A stretch of DNA of 64,000 bases. It comes from Planctomycetota bacterium (GTDB lineage: Bacteria > Planctomycetota > UBA1135 > UBA2386). Shown here one piece after another: positions 7,336 to 15,826 of this stretch. The position numbers and the translations under genes were made by a program. The stretch's first letter is position 1, and every line of letters starts with the position of its first letter. The notes beneath the pieces were generated by a model. That model was not told the DNA's origin. It saw only the letters and a list, made by a program, of their open reading frames with translations, and did no database searches. The stretch lies in assembly GCA_046290465.1 (NCBI GenBank), contig JBKAGP010000001.1, positions 1,344,001 to 1,408,000 on the forward strand, read 5' to 3'.

Positions 7336-10300
7336 TTAGGAGCCACTGGCCACCACCGAGTCCATCTCCTCCACGACTTCACTCAGGGCCTGCTGGACCT
7401 TCAGGAAGTTCCTCTTGGAGTCTGCTCGGGTTGTGGTGGGGATTCCCTCGTGATTCCGCAGCCGCCTGAGACACCTCTGGACGGTGGAGCTGGATAGCCT
7501 GGTTCTGGTCTCGATGATCTGCTTGATGGTCTTCCTCTTCCTCTCGTGCCTCCACCCGGGAGCCAGGACATCAGATACGACAGGGTGGTCAACTAGGTCA
7601 GTTAACGACCCCCCATCCCCCATATCCTCTACCCCCTTAGGGTCCCGAGAATAACTGACCCCCCTACCTCTGAAGCTGGAGGAACCAGAGGGAGAGCTAT
7701 CAACACCCCCCAGGCCCCTTAATAGGGATTCAGTAGCCCTGAGGCTCGGAGGATCTCCATCAAGATCCACCACCCAATCCTTGAGGACCTTCTCGTGGAT
7801 CTCGGTGGTGGTCGTGGCGGGGCCTCTATCGAGGACCTGGCGGACCAGATCCCGGTGCCGGAGGGCCCTCGGCCCGCTGGACCACGTCAGCATCAGCCCC
7901 TCCGGGTCCCTCAGCAGATCCAGCCCGACCACCTCTACCTCTTCGGTCGCCTCCACTCCCTCCACCGGGTCGCTGTCGAACAGGACGATGGTCGACGAAG
8001 GGTTGGTCATCGGCCGGCACCGACCCACGGCATTGACCATGAGCTGAGCCTCCAGTGTCCTGTAGACCTGTCGGGCCCTGGGGTCCCGAGGCACCTTGAG
8101 CCCGTAAGAACGCTGAGCAGCCGGGCACCACCGTCGCTCCCAGCGGACCAACGACTCGGCAGCCTCCGACGCCTCCAGCGGACTCATTGGCAGCCCGAGC
8201 ACACCCTCCATGGCAGCGGTCAGCCAAGCACACTCGGCGGGATGGGGTCGATACCGCTGCACCAGCATCACCTCGGCATGATCGAAGGTGTTGGTCCCCG
8301 CGTGGTGCGAGTTGTAGTAGCCAACCCTGCTGCCGTGCTCTTCCAGGGACGGGGCCAGGTGCTCAAAGCTCACCTTCGTGGTCAACACGCCGAGACCGTT
8401 GCCAAAGGACTGAGACAGGCCGCTGGCGACCAGCCGGAACAGCTCGTCGGACTTACTCGGCTCCTGACCAACGGGGGCACCTCGACCCTTGTAACCCCTC
8501 GGCAGCTTGAGCCGGACAATTCGGTTGCTCAGGCTCCACTCGGCGTGCCTTCTCTCGATGCCCAGAGCCTGGACGACGAACTCCATCATGGGCCCGACGC
8601 TGAGCCACAGACACCTGCCCTGCTGGGCCTTGTCGATCACGAGGGTATTGGCCTCGGCCACGATGAGCTTCCCGCTCTTGCCCCGCTTGACGGCTCCCGG
8701 CCGCCCCTCCACGGCCTGACGCAGCAGACCAAACAGCCGCAGGGAGAACGCGGGTTGGTCGGGTTTCGACTCCCAGGGCATAGCGCTTCCAGCGCCAGTC
8801 TCACAATCGGCTACCAAGCCACGCTGCCCCTCGGACATCGAGCCTGCGAAGTGGGCCAGCCGATCGACTCCACCGTCATCGTCCAGCAAGCACCCGACCA
8901 CATCGCGCAGCAGGCCGCCCAACCGCACCAGCTCGGAGCTTGCTGCTGGATGATCTGCCAGCCACCGGCCGATTCGATCCCTGTAGTCGTCCAGCGGACC
9001 ACGGTGGAACTCCGAGTCCGTGAACAGCCCGAACTCGGCCCCCGGATCGTCGAGAATCAGAACGGCGTCATCTCGCCCCGCCTGCTCCAGCGCCGGCCTC
9101 AGGTGCCTGAGGTAGTCGATCGTCGTTACGACCAGCGACGGGCCGTCCTCAGAGATCGCCGCATGAGCGGCCTCCTGGCCCTTCAGGTATTGGCACTCCC
9201 TGGCGTGCTGGCTATCGCCTCGACAGCTTGTCCTGCCCAGCTGTGCCCGCCTCTCGTAGACGCTGCTCGCCGCGAACGAGCAATAGAACGGGCCATCGGG
9301 GTCCTTGCCGCGACCCATGGCCACTGCCAGCCGCGCGCCCGCTGCCAACAGCTGGTCCTCCAATGGCCCCTCCCCCATGTCGCCGCAGACCTCGTTGACC
9401 CGAGCCCGCTTGGCCACAGCCATAATGACCGTGCCGACCCGCCCCTCGCCCAGCAGCTCCACCGCCCAGGCCCTGGCCGTGCGGGTCTTCGAAAGCCCTG
9501 GAGGGCCGGAGAACGCGACCGACCGAGTGCCCGGCTCGAAGCTGACACCTGACCGTGCGATCTCCTGCAGGGCCTCGGGTTGACCAGACCGAGCAACGGG
9601 CAAAGTCGTCTCGATCTTCGGGGGCGCCTCTGCGGCGTGTAGATCGACCATCGGCCAGCCGGCTGCCTTGGCCCACCCCGCGACCGCTTCCAGGGTCAAG
9701 TCGCCATCCTCGTTGAAGCAGTCCCACTGACGCACGATCTCCGCGGAATCGTAGCTGTCCGGGCTCTGCTGGCTCCACTGATCCCATAGCTGCTGCCCGC
9801 CCGAGGATCCTCCGAATCCTTGGTGCAGGCCCATCCCGACATAAAGCCACGTCAGCCGGTCACTGTGACCCGAGAGGTGATCCAGCATTTCCCGCACGAC
9901 CTCGATATTCGGCGACCTTCCATATCGCTCGCTCTTTGGGTTCGGTCGATGATTGCGCCGTTCGACCTGGGGCACGGACAGCATGCTCAACAGAGGCGCT
10001 GGGATCGGCTCGATGCCGACCTCATAGACCGACCGTCCTGCCGCCCACGCGTAGCCCCCGCCGGATTGGTGGGGCGATGGAGGCGCGACGACCGGCTTCT
10101 TCCCCGTCTGAAGGTCGATGCCAGGATACCGCTTGGCGAAGCCACTCGGCTTGATGCCCTGGGCAGACCCCGCGGGCAGCCTCAGGTAGATGTGCATCGC
10201 ACCGTTGGCAGTCATGGCGGTGGCGGTGTTCATAGGAAGATCCACGCCCAGGTCTTTGCAGAGCTGCGCCAGAGAGGCCCGACCATCCTTCCCGTTCTTC

Positions 10301-10611
10301 ATGTCGATGTCGAGCACCAGCAAGCGCCGCCCCGTGACGAGCATCACCAGTGCATCCGGCCACCGAGCCCACCACTGCGACAGCTGCCCCTGATCCAAAG
10401 ACGCACTCTCTACCGCCTTGGTGATTCGGGGCTTTTTCCGCCCGTCTCGATGCTCGCCGGGGACCATGCCGACGCCCAGCCCTGAATTCCTGAGCCATGA
10501 GGCCAGCCGCAACACCTCGGCCACATAGGCACTCGACCCCGGCACCATCTCGGGCTCCGCCGCCACGTTCGTCTCGTCCATCGCCCACCTCCAGACATCG
10601 CCCACGGCCAT
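7336..10611 (-). CDS. Replicase: bifunctional primase/polymerase (Prim-Pol) + PriCT-2 + divergent SF2-like helicase + C-terminal HTH
   Basis: LLVLDIDMKNGKDG, TANGAMHIY, VVAPPSPH (Prim-Pol); WLYVGMGLH...WDQWSQQS...W (PriCT-2); GPPGLSKT, LILDD, AGTN, NAVGRCRP (helicase motifs I, II, V, VI). Confidence 0.85.
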   Translation of the reverse strand: MAVGDVWRWAMDETNVAAEPEMVPGSSAYVAEVLRLASWLRNSGLGVGMVPGEHRDGRKKPRITKAVESASLDQGQLSQWWARWPDALVMLVTGRRLLVLDIDMKNGKDGRASLAQLCKDLGVDLPMNTATAMTANGAMHIYLRLPAGSAQGIKPSGFAKRYPGIDLQTGKKPVVAPPSPHQSGGGYAWAAGRSVYEVGIEPIPAPLLSMLSVPQVERRNHRPNPKSERYGRSPNIEVVREMLDHLSGHSDRLTWLYVGMGLHQGFGGSSGGQQLWDQWSQQSPDSYDSAEIVRQWDCFNEDGDLTLEAVAGWAKAAGWPMVDLHAAEAPPKIETTLPVARSGQPEALQEIARSGVSFEPGTRSVAFSGPPGLSKTRTARAWAVELLGEGRVGTVIMAVAKRARVNEVCGDMGEGPLEDQLLAAGARLAVAMGRGKDPDGPFYCSFAASSVYERRAQLGRTSCRGDSQHARECQYLKGQEAAHAAISEDGPSLVVTTIDYLRHLRPALEQAGRDDAVLILDDPGAEFGLFTDSEFHRGPLDDYRDRIGRWLADHPAASSELVRLGGLLRDVVGCLLDDDGGVDRLAHFAGSMSEGQRGLVADCETGAGSAMPWESKPDQPAFSLRLFGLLRQAVEGRPGAVKRGKSGKLIVAEANTLVIDKAQQGRCLWLSVGPMMEFVVQALGIERRHAEWSLSNRIVRLKLPRGYKGRGAPVGQEPSKSDELFRLVASGLSQSFGNGLGVLTTKVSFEHLAPSLEEHGSRVGYYNSHHAGTNTFDHAEVMLVQRYRPHPAECAWLTAAMEGVLGLPMSPLEASEAAESLVRWERRWCPAAQRSYGLKVPRDPRARQVYRTLEAQLMVNAVGRCRPMTNPSSTIVLFDSDPVEGVEATEEVEVVGLDLLRDPEGLMLTWSSGPRALRHRDLVRQVLDRGPATTTTEIHEKVLKDWVVDLDGDPPSLRATESLLRGLGGVDSSPSGSSSFRGRGVSYSRDPKGVEDMGDGGSLTDLVDHPVVSDVLAPGWRHERKRKTIKQIIETRTRLSSSTVQRCLRRLRNHEGIPTTTRADSKRNFLKVQQALSEVVEEMDSVVASGS

Positions 10612-10718
10612 TGGTCAGCCGCTTCCATCGAACAGCACGCACCCCGGACCACCGGCCCAGACTCGGTGCGCTTGTCGAAGCCACCCCGACAGGGGCAGCC
10701 CCGTAGCCGAGCCGGTCA

Positions 10719-10791
10719 CTCCCGAGAGGGAGCAGATCCGACACCCAGCCATCCACGAAGGTCCCGTCCGCTCCCGAGACGGAGCAGGTCC
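10719..10791. repeat. Two 21-bp direct repeats CTCCCGAGA(G/C)GGAGCAG(A/G)TCC between alpA and replicase
   Basis: 10719-10739 and 10771-10791, 19/21 identical, each containing a short CTCC/GGAG hairpin. Confidence 0.8.
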
Positions 10792-10810
10792 AGAACCCGA
10801 CCAACCCCGC

Positions 10811-11245
10811 CTAGCGGGAGACCGCCTCCAACCAGTTGCGGATGTCTTCCGGCTTCCAGAAGACCCTCCGCCCGATGCGACGCTCGCGGGGGAACTCGCC
10901 TCGATCCCTGAAGCGATTGATCGTGGTCGCCGATAGCCCGGTCACCGCCACCACGTCGGCCAGATCCCACTGCTCCTTCTGGTCCAGCGGGACCTCCACC
11001 TTGCGGCGCTTCTGGCTCGGATTGTAGGTCGCCCGACCCCGCCGGTTGGTGGTTGCGGTGCTGGCCCCCTCGCTTGTCTGCTTGGTGGTCGCAGCTCTGG
11101 GGCCCTGGACTGTCTGCTTGGTCGCGGTGTTGGCCACCTGGCTCTTATGCTGGTTGGTCGCAGGACTGACCGCCTGGCTCCCCTGCCGCTGCTCGCTGCG
11201 CAACTCTCTCTCACTCGTCGAATCGACGCTCATGTCTACCTCCAT
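10811..11245 (-). CDS. alpA: AlpA-family transcriptional regulator/excisionase
   Basis: DLADVVAVTGLSATTINRFRDRGEFPRERRIGRRVFWKPEDIRNWL is a classic AlpA pattern; long low-complexity N-terminus. Confidence 0.85.
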   Translation of the reverse strand: MEVDMSVDSTSERELRSEQRQGSQAVSPATNQHKSQVANTATKQTVQGPRAATTKQTSEGASTATTNRRGRATYNPSQKRRKVEVPLDQKEQWDLADVVAVTGLSATTINRFRDRGEFPRERRIGRRVFWKPEDIRNWLEAVSR

Positions 11246-11881
11246 GCTTCGGACTCTTCAGAGACCACCGGACCAACCGCAGCCCGGCGGCTTGCAGGAG
11301 AGGAACACGAGCTGCCGCCCCCTGTAGGGCCGGCCGGGATGCCACCCCGATCACTCAGTGCCCCGAGATCCTGCGGTCCCGGTCTCGGCTGGTCTTTGCG
11401 GCCCGCCCAGCCCTCTCTCGCCGGTCTGAAACCAACAGGCTCCCGAGGGCCGCTACACCCTCACCGACGAACAGGCCGCGGACTCTCTCAGGAGTTCAGC
11501 ATGCTCTGGCACTCACTCTGGATCACGAGGACCCGACGGGCACCATGGACCTCCTTTAGTCGGGGTGGAGGCGGCGCGCAAATCGACCCGGCGGATTTTG
11601 AGGGGCTGAGGTGGGCCGAGGTAACCGGGGGCAGCCGGGGATCCAGTGGATTACCAGGGCTCCGAGGGCCTCAAGGGCAGCGGTAGTTTCGGCCCAAAAA
11701 TGCGAGAGCCCCAATACGAGGGTGCCGGCCGGGCTTCCCCCCGTGCCCCCGCCGAATCGGCTGGGCTTGTAGAGGAGCGGGACCCCATGCAGACTGATGC
11801 CAACACAAGGCAAAAGGGGCTTGTCCAGCCGCCCCCCGGATCGCCTCAGAGCGCCCGCAGGTAGGGCACCACCAAACTGCC

Positions 11882-13150
11882 TCAGGCTTGCATGGGCAGA
11901 ATCGCGGGGCGATCAAGCCGGGCCACCGCCTCCTTCCCCTGACTGGGCCCCATCCGGGCGTATCGCTGCTGCATGACCGGAGCCGTGGTCGCCGTGAGCA
12001 TCGCAGACACCCGAGGATCCACGTCAGCCTCGTAGAGCCGGGTGGAGGCGTAGGTCTTCAACGCATGAAAGTCGATCCGCTCTCGGCCCGAGCACCGCTC
12101 GATTCCAGCGAACTCCAGGTCCTTATCCATGAGCCGCTTGATGTTCTTCGGGACCGGCAGCAAGCAGAACACCCGCTCAGAGGCGAGGGGCTCACGCCGC
12201 AGGTGACCAGCCATCCGAGATCTCCACGCCACGAACTGGTCCCGGAGCCACTCGGGCATGTCGGGCCGTGCCTCCCGACGGTTCTTCGCGTAGGCGGCCT
12301 GGAGCCGCAGGACCGATGCCTCTAGATCCAGGTCGCCCCATTGAATCGACCACAGCGCCTTCTGGCGGACTCCGAGTGTCCCCGCCAGCACGTAGGCCAG
12401 GGCACGCGCCTCCCCACGAATCCGCAGCTCCTGGAGGACGTGCACAGGAGTCCTCGGGTTGGCCTGCAGCTTGTTCTCTACCCCTCGCCGCACCGCAGCA
12501 TCCACGAGCCGAGCAAACTCGTCGGTGGTCATCGCCCGACGGACGAAGGTGGCCGTTGCCTCTGGATGGCTCGGAGAACAGAGCTTGGAGATCGAGGCCA
12601 GCGGGTTGGCATGCAGCCGACCGTGGATCACCAGCCAGCGGCAGAAGTGCCTGAGGCTGTCAAGGTAGTCGTCCCGGGTCTTGCTGCTCTTCGCGCGCAG
12701 CCGGCGCTGCCGTGCAGACTCAGACTCTCCCGCCAGCTCGTCCGCCGATAGACACCGATCCGGAATGCCCGAAGCACAGAACTCGATGAGCAGCGCCTCG
12801 GTGGCGGTGACGTTGATGTCCGTGATCCTCTGCACCCGCAGCCCCCTCAGCATCCGACCAAGCCGCATCGCGACCTGAGCCCGGTAGCCCGGAGTCGTCT
12901 GCCGTGCCTTCAAGTGTTGGAGGAAGTCCCCGACATGCTTGGGGACTGGCTGAGCGGCGAACTCGATCGACTTGTCCACCAGCCCGAACTTGCGGCGGGC
13001 GACCTCAGACTCCAGCTCGTAGGCGACCCGCTCGGCATCTCGCCGGCCGTTACCGTTCGCACGAAACGCTGTAGCCTTCCAACGTTCCTTGCCGTTCTCG
13101 TCCCTGTAGCGGATGGTCCAACGACCCCCGCGATCTACCAAACTCGACAT
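11882..13150 (-). CDS. Tyrosine recombinase/integrase
   Basis: Arm-binding-like N-terminus (WTIRYRDENGKERW), GVRQKAL...WGDLDL, AKNRR, DFHALK, QRY. Confidence 0.92.
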   Translation of the reverse strand: MSSLVDRGGRWTIRYRDENGKERWKATAFRANGNGRRDAERVAYELESEVARRKFGLVDKSIEFAAQPVPKHVGDFLQHLKARQTTPGYRAQVAMRLGRMLRGLRVQRITDINVTATEALLIEFCASGIPDRCLSADELAGESESARQRRLRAKSSKTRDDYLDSLRHFCRWLVIHGRLHANPLASISKLCSPSHPEATATFVRRAMTTDEFARLVDAAVRRGVENKLQANPRTPVHVLQELRIRGEARALAYVLAGTLGVRQKALWSIQWGDLDLEASVLRLQAAYAKNRREARPDMPEWLRDQFVAWRSRMAGHLRREPLASERVFCLLPVPKNIKRLMDKDLEFAGIERCSGRERIDFHALKTYASTRLYEADVDPRVSAMLTATTAPVMQQRYARMGPSQGKEAVARLDRPAILPMQA

Positions 13151-13281
13151 CGATTAGACCCCTTCTTGTTGACCTGCCCGCCCACCGGAAACGCCTCCGA
13201 TGTAGCAAATCAGGTAGCAGTAGGCGTCGCCGGCACCGTAACCCGTGCGCAGGTCACGCGCAAACGCAGGCGACGGGAGGA

Positions 13282-13304
13282 TTCGACTCCCCTACTCTCC
13301 ACCA
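13282..13304 (+). other. Attachment site: 3' fragment of tRNA-Ala-like (or tmRNA) gene
   Basis: TTCGACT T-loop, CCCCT stem arm, ACTCTCC-A-CCA acceptor arm (U70, A73); upstream half missing; GTAGCA repeats at 13202-13219; hairpin at 13338-13355. Confidence 0.75.
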
Positions 13305-13518
13305 TCTCGCACTGCGTTGGGAAGAGCATCAGGAGCGGCTTCAGGCCCCTGAAGCACCCACAGGCGCGAGTTGCAGCGACTCTGCCTCCTTGCGCCCAGA
13401 CACGCACGACACCCAGCTGAATAGGTAGTGCAGCATGCGCTCTGCGCTACCCCGCATCGCCCCTCCAGTTGCTAACAAGCTCCCAGGCTGCGTAGCATCC
13501 CTGCCAAAGGAGGTCGAG

Positions 13519-13968
13519 ATGGAAGAAGCGGAGACGTTGCGCATGGTGATCGGGGAGAGGCATGAATACTACCGCATGACGATGCGCCAGCTCGTCGTGT
13601 GGTTCACTGCATTCACCTCGCTGAACATGGCAGCGATGGGTGCGTTCGCCTACGCCGTCAAGAGCAAGGACTGGCATACGTCGCAGACGATTCCGTTCGC
13701 GCTCGTTGGATGCTTCCTACTTTCTCAGAGCGTACTCGGCGAACGGGCCTGCGCGAACGTCGCCAGGCTACTCAGAGAGTCCGCTGAGCAAATCGCGTCA
13801 GACACTGCCATCCTAGTGGAGACGACTCAGTCACCGCTCGCTAACGCTACGCCGTCGACACCCAGCTTCTGCAAGTCCATCGCACAGATGCGAATGGCCT
13901 TGCTCGGAGGGGCGGTGGCCTGGGTGGGGTTGATCGCCTACCTCCTCGTAGCGGCGTACGGATCGTAG
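13519..13968 (+). CDS. Small membrane protein, 3 predicted TM segments (149 aa)
   Basis: AAAGGAGGT SD before ATG 13519; hydrophobic hairpin plus C-terminal helix; codon style unlike host. Confidence 0.7.
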   Translation: MEEAETLRMVIGERHEYYRMTMRQLVVWFTAFTSLNMAAMGAFAYAVKSKDWHTSQTIPFALVGCFLLSQSVLGERACANVARLLRESAEQIASDTAILVETTQSPLANATPSTPSFCKSIAQMRMALLGGAVAWVGLIAYLLVAAYGS

Positions 13969-14235
13969 CCACGCCGCCGCCGTCCACCGCGCTGTGCCCT
14001 CTTGACCAGCTGCGCCATCGCTTCCCGCGCCGGCGTGTCGCCCACTCGAAGGACGGAGGGCGTCCAGTCGGGTAAGCGCCCGATCTGCTTGATGATCAGC
14101 TCGCGAAGACTCTCCCCTCTCGGGGACATCGCACCGCGGACAACGAGCTCAAGGTCCCGCCGCAGGCCAAGCGCACAGGGCGTCACCACTCCCAGCGAGC
14201 GCCGCCCCCCCCCGATCAGCCAGCTTCCACCAGCC

Positions 14236-14670
14236 TCAAGCCACGAACGCCAACGCGTCGTCCAGCAGCGCCCCCGGATACTCCCCCACCTCGCGCAACG
14301 TGTACGCGACATGATCGACGATCGGCCAGCAGCGCTCCATCAGCGCCGCCACGTCATCGCCTCCGAGTTCGAACGAGTCGCCGCCGGGCTCCGTCGACAG
14401 CCGATGCAGCCCGCTCTGCATCGCCTCGAAGCTGCTCTGCTCGAGCGTGCGGTTGTCGCCCGTCTGCATCAGGCGAACGTGCGCCAGGTATCCGGCCAGC
14501 GTGATGACGAGGTGATCGGCCGGGGTCGGCTCGATCGCGAAGCCGAAGTCCGGGCGGATGGCGGTTCCGCGGTCCGCGTGCACGGACTGGGGTCGGTATC
14601 CCAGTTGGCAGGCGGCCACGGCGCGTGCGGCTTGCACGAAGGCGGTGGTGACCGTCGATTCGGGGTTCAT
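14236..14670 (-). CDS. Peptidase M41-like fold protein lacking HExxH
   Basis: TAFVQAARAVAACQLG, ITLAGYLA and WPIVDHVAYTL parallel TAYHEAGHA, LAG and W..V..VA..L of M41-like domains. Confidence 0.55.
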   Translation of the reverse strand: MNPESTVTTAFVQAARAVAACQLGYRPQSVHADRGTAIRPDFGFAIEPTPADHLVITLAGYLAHVRLMQTGDNRTLEQSSFEAMQSGLHRLSTEPGGDSFELGGDDVAALMERCWPIVDHVAYTLREVGEYPGALLDDALAFVA

Positions 14671-15006
14671 GGTTGGCGAGTCGCTCTCTCCTCGAGCAGC
14701 TGACGGCCGCGGCACCCCGGAGAGAGTTCGGGTGCTGCGCGCCGGCCGATCCGATCCTTCCCCCTTGCCCGCTACCAACTTCGGCCCTGGCAACAACCCG
14801 CTCGATGGGCCGGGTGGCGTACGGGAACCCGCCTACGCGCAGCCCCCCTGCAGGAAGTCCCTACGCCGATCCGGCGACCACGAGCGATCGCTTGCGGGAC
14901 AACCCGCGTGGTTGCGGGAGATCCCGCAGCCCGCGCTCCGGTTTCCGGTCGCGAGCGCGAGACGAGGGTGCGGACATTCCCAGGTCCGCGAACGCCCGGA
15001 AAGCGG

Positions 15007-15636
15007 TCAGTTGCCGACGATCGTGTGCAGCACCGGGGAAACCAGGAAGCCGCCGGCGTTGACGCCGGGCGCGTAGCACAGCATCTGCGAGTAGAAGTAC
15101 TGGCCGAGCACGCCGGGCTTCGGCGTCCAGTCGAGCCGCAGCCGGCCGCCGGACTGCGTCAGGATCGTGCCGGCCTGCGGCGTCATGATGTACTCGGGTT
15201 CGAGCATCAGGTAGCAGCCCGGTGCCCCCATCGGCGCCAGCGACGTCGGTGAAGTCAGCTCGAACGAGATCAGCAGCATCGCCGGCCACGCGGGCGGTTC
15301 GCCCGGCACGGTCGGCTTGGTCGTCCACTCGACGTGGAACGGCTGGCCGACGTGCGGCACCCCCTCGGCGACGACGTAGGGCGCCCCGGGCCCGCCCTCG
15401 GAGAACGGCGACACGTCGCACGGCGTCGGCGGGTGGATCCGGCGCGCGAGCCCGTAGACGTGCTGCGGCGGAGGCGGCGCGTTCGGGGCCGGGGCGGGTG
15501 CCATGTCGGTCGGCAGTGCCCACGACGGCGCGCCCGCCGACGGCCCGGCGGCGTGTACGTCCGATGTGCCGAGCTGCGCGGCGGACAGGAACAGGGACCA
15601 GGCTACGAGGCGAGACGGAACGAACGAGCGGAGCAT
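15007..15636 (-). CDS. Secreted protein consisting mostly of a lineage-typical C-terminal domain
   Basis: Signal-peptide-like start MLRSFVPSRLVAWSLFLSAAQL; GAPGCYL...PKPGVLGQYFYSQ...FLVS. Confidence 0.7.
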   Translation of the reverse strand: MLRSFVPSRLVAWSLFLSAAQLGTSDVHAAGPSAGAPSWALPTDMAPAPAPNAPPPPQHVYGLARRIHPPTPCDVSPFSEGGPGAPYVVAEGVPHVGQPFHVEWTTKPTVPGEPPAWPAMLLISFELTSPTSLAPMGAPGCYLMLEPEYIMTPQAGTILTQSGGRLRLDWTPKPGVLGQYFYSQMLCYAPGVNAGGFLVSPVLHTIVGN

Positions 15637-15826
15637 GGACTGGCGAGCGGCAAGCGTCGCGGGGGCGAGCTTCGCCGTGCCTACGCAGGGATGCGTCGCG
15701 GCGGCTCGCCTGGATTGCAGATCGCCGCTCGGACCGTGGTGCATGATGCCCGACCCGCCTGCGGTGTTCGGCGCAGCGTGCGACCCGCCGGTCGGTTGCA
15801 TGCGCGGGGGCCGGGTCGGCGATTGG

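Larger units (their letters stand above)
1..13304. mobile_element. Integrated satellite-like/integrative element (left end outside window)
   Basis: Tyrosine integrase next to a tRNA 3'-end fragment, two AlpA-like genes, Prim-Pol replicase; visibly lower GC and different codon style than the host DNA after ~14.2 kb; no terminase, portal or conjugation genes recognised in the visible part. Confidence 0.85.

Noticed and set aside
11246..11881. Repressor gene between int and alpA
   Set aside because: No ORF with an HTH pattern found; treated as non-coding or regulatory
13230..13304. Intact tRNA or tmRNA gene
   Set aside because: The 5' T-stem arm does not pair, and no D-arm, anticodon arm or 5' acceptor strand is visible; kept only as an att fragment
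14700..15000. Cluster of short GC hairpins as a ncRNA
   Set aside because: Short stems are expected by chance at this GC content; no recognisable motif or second copy
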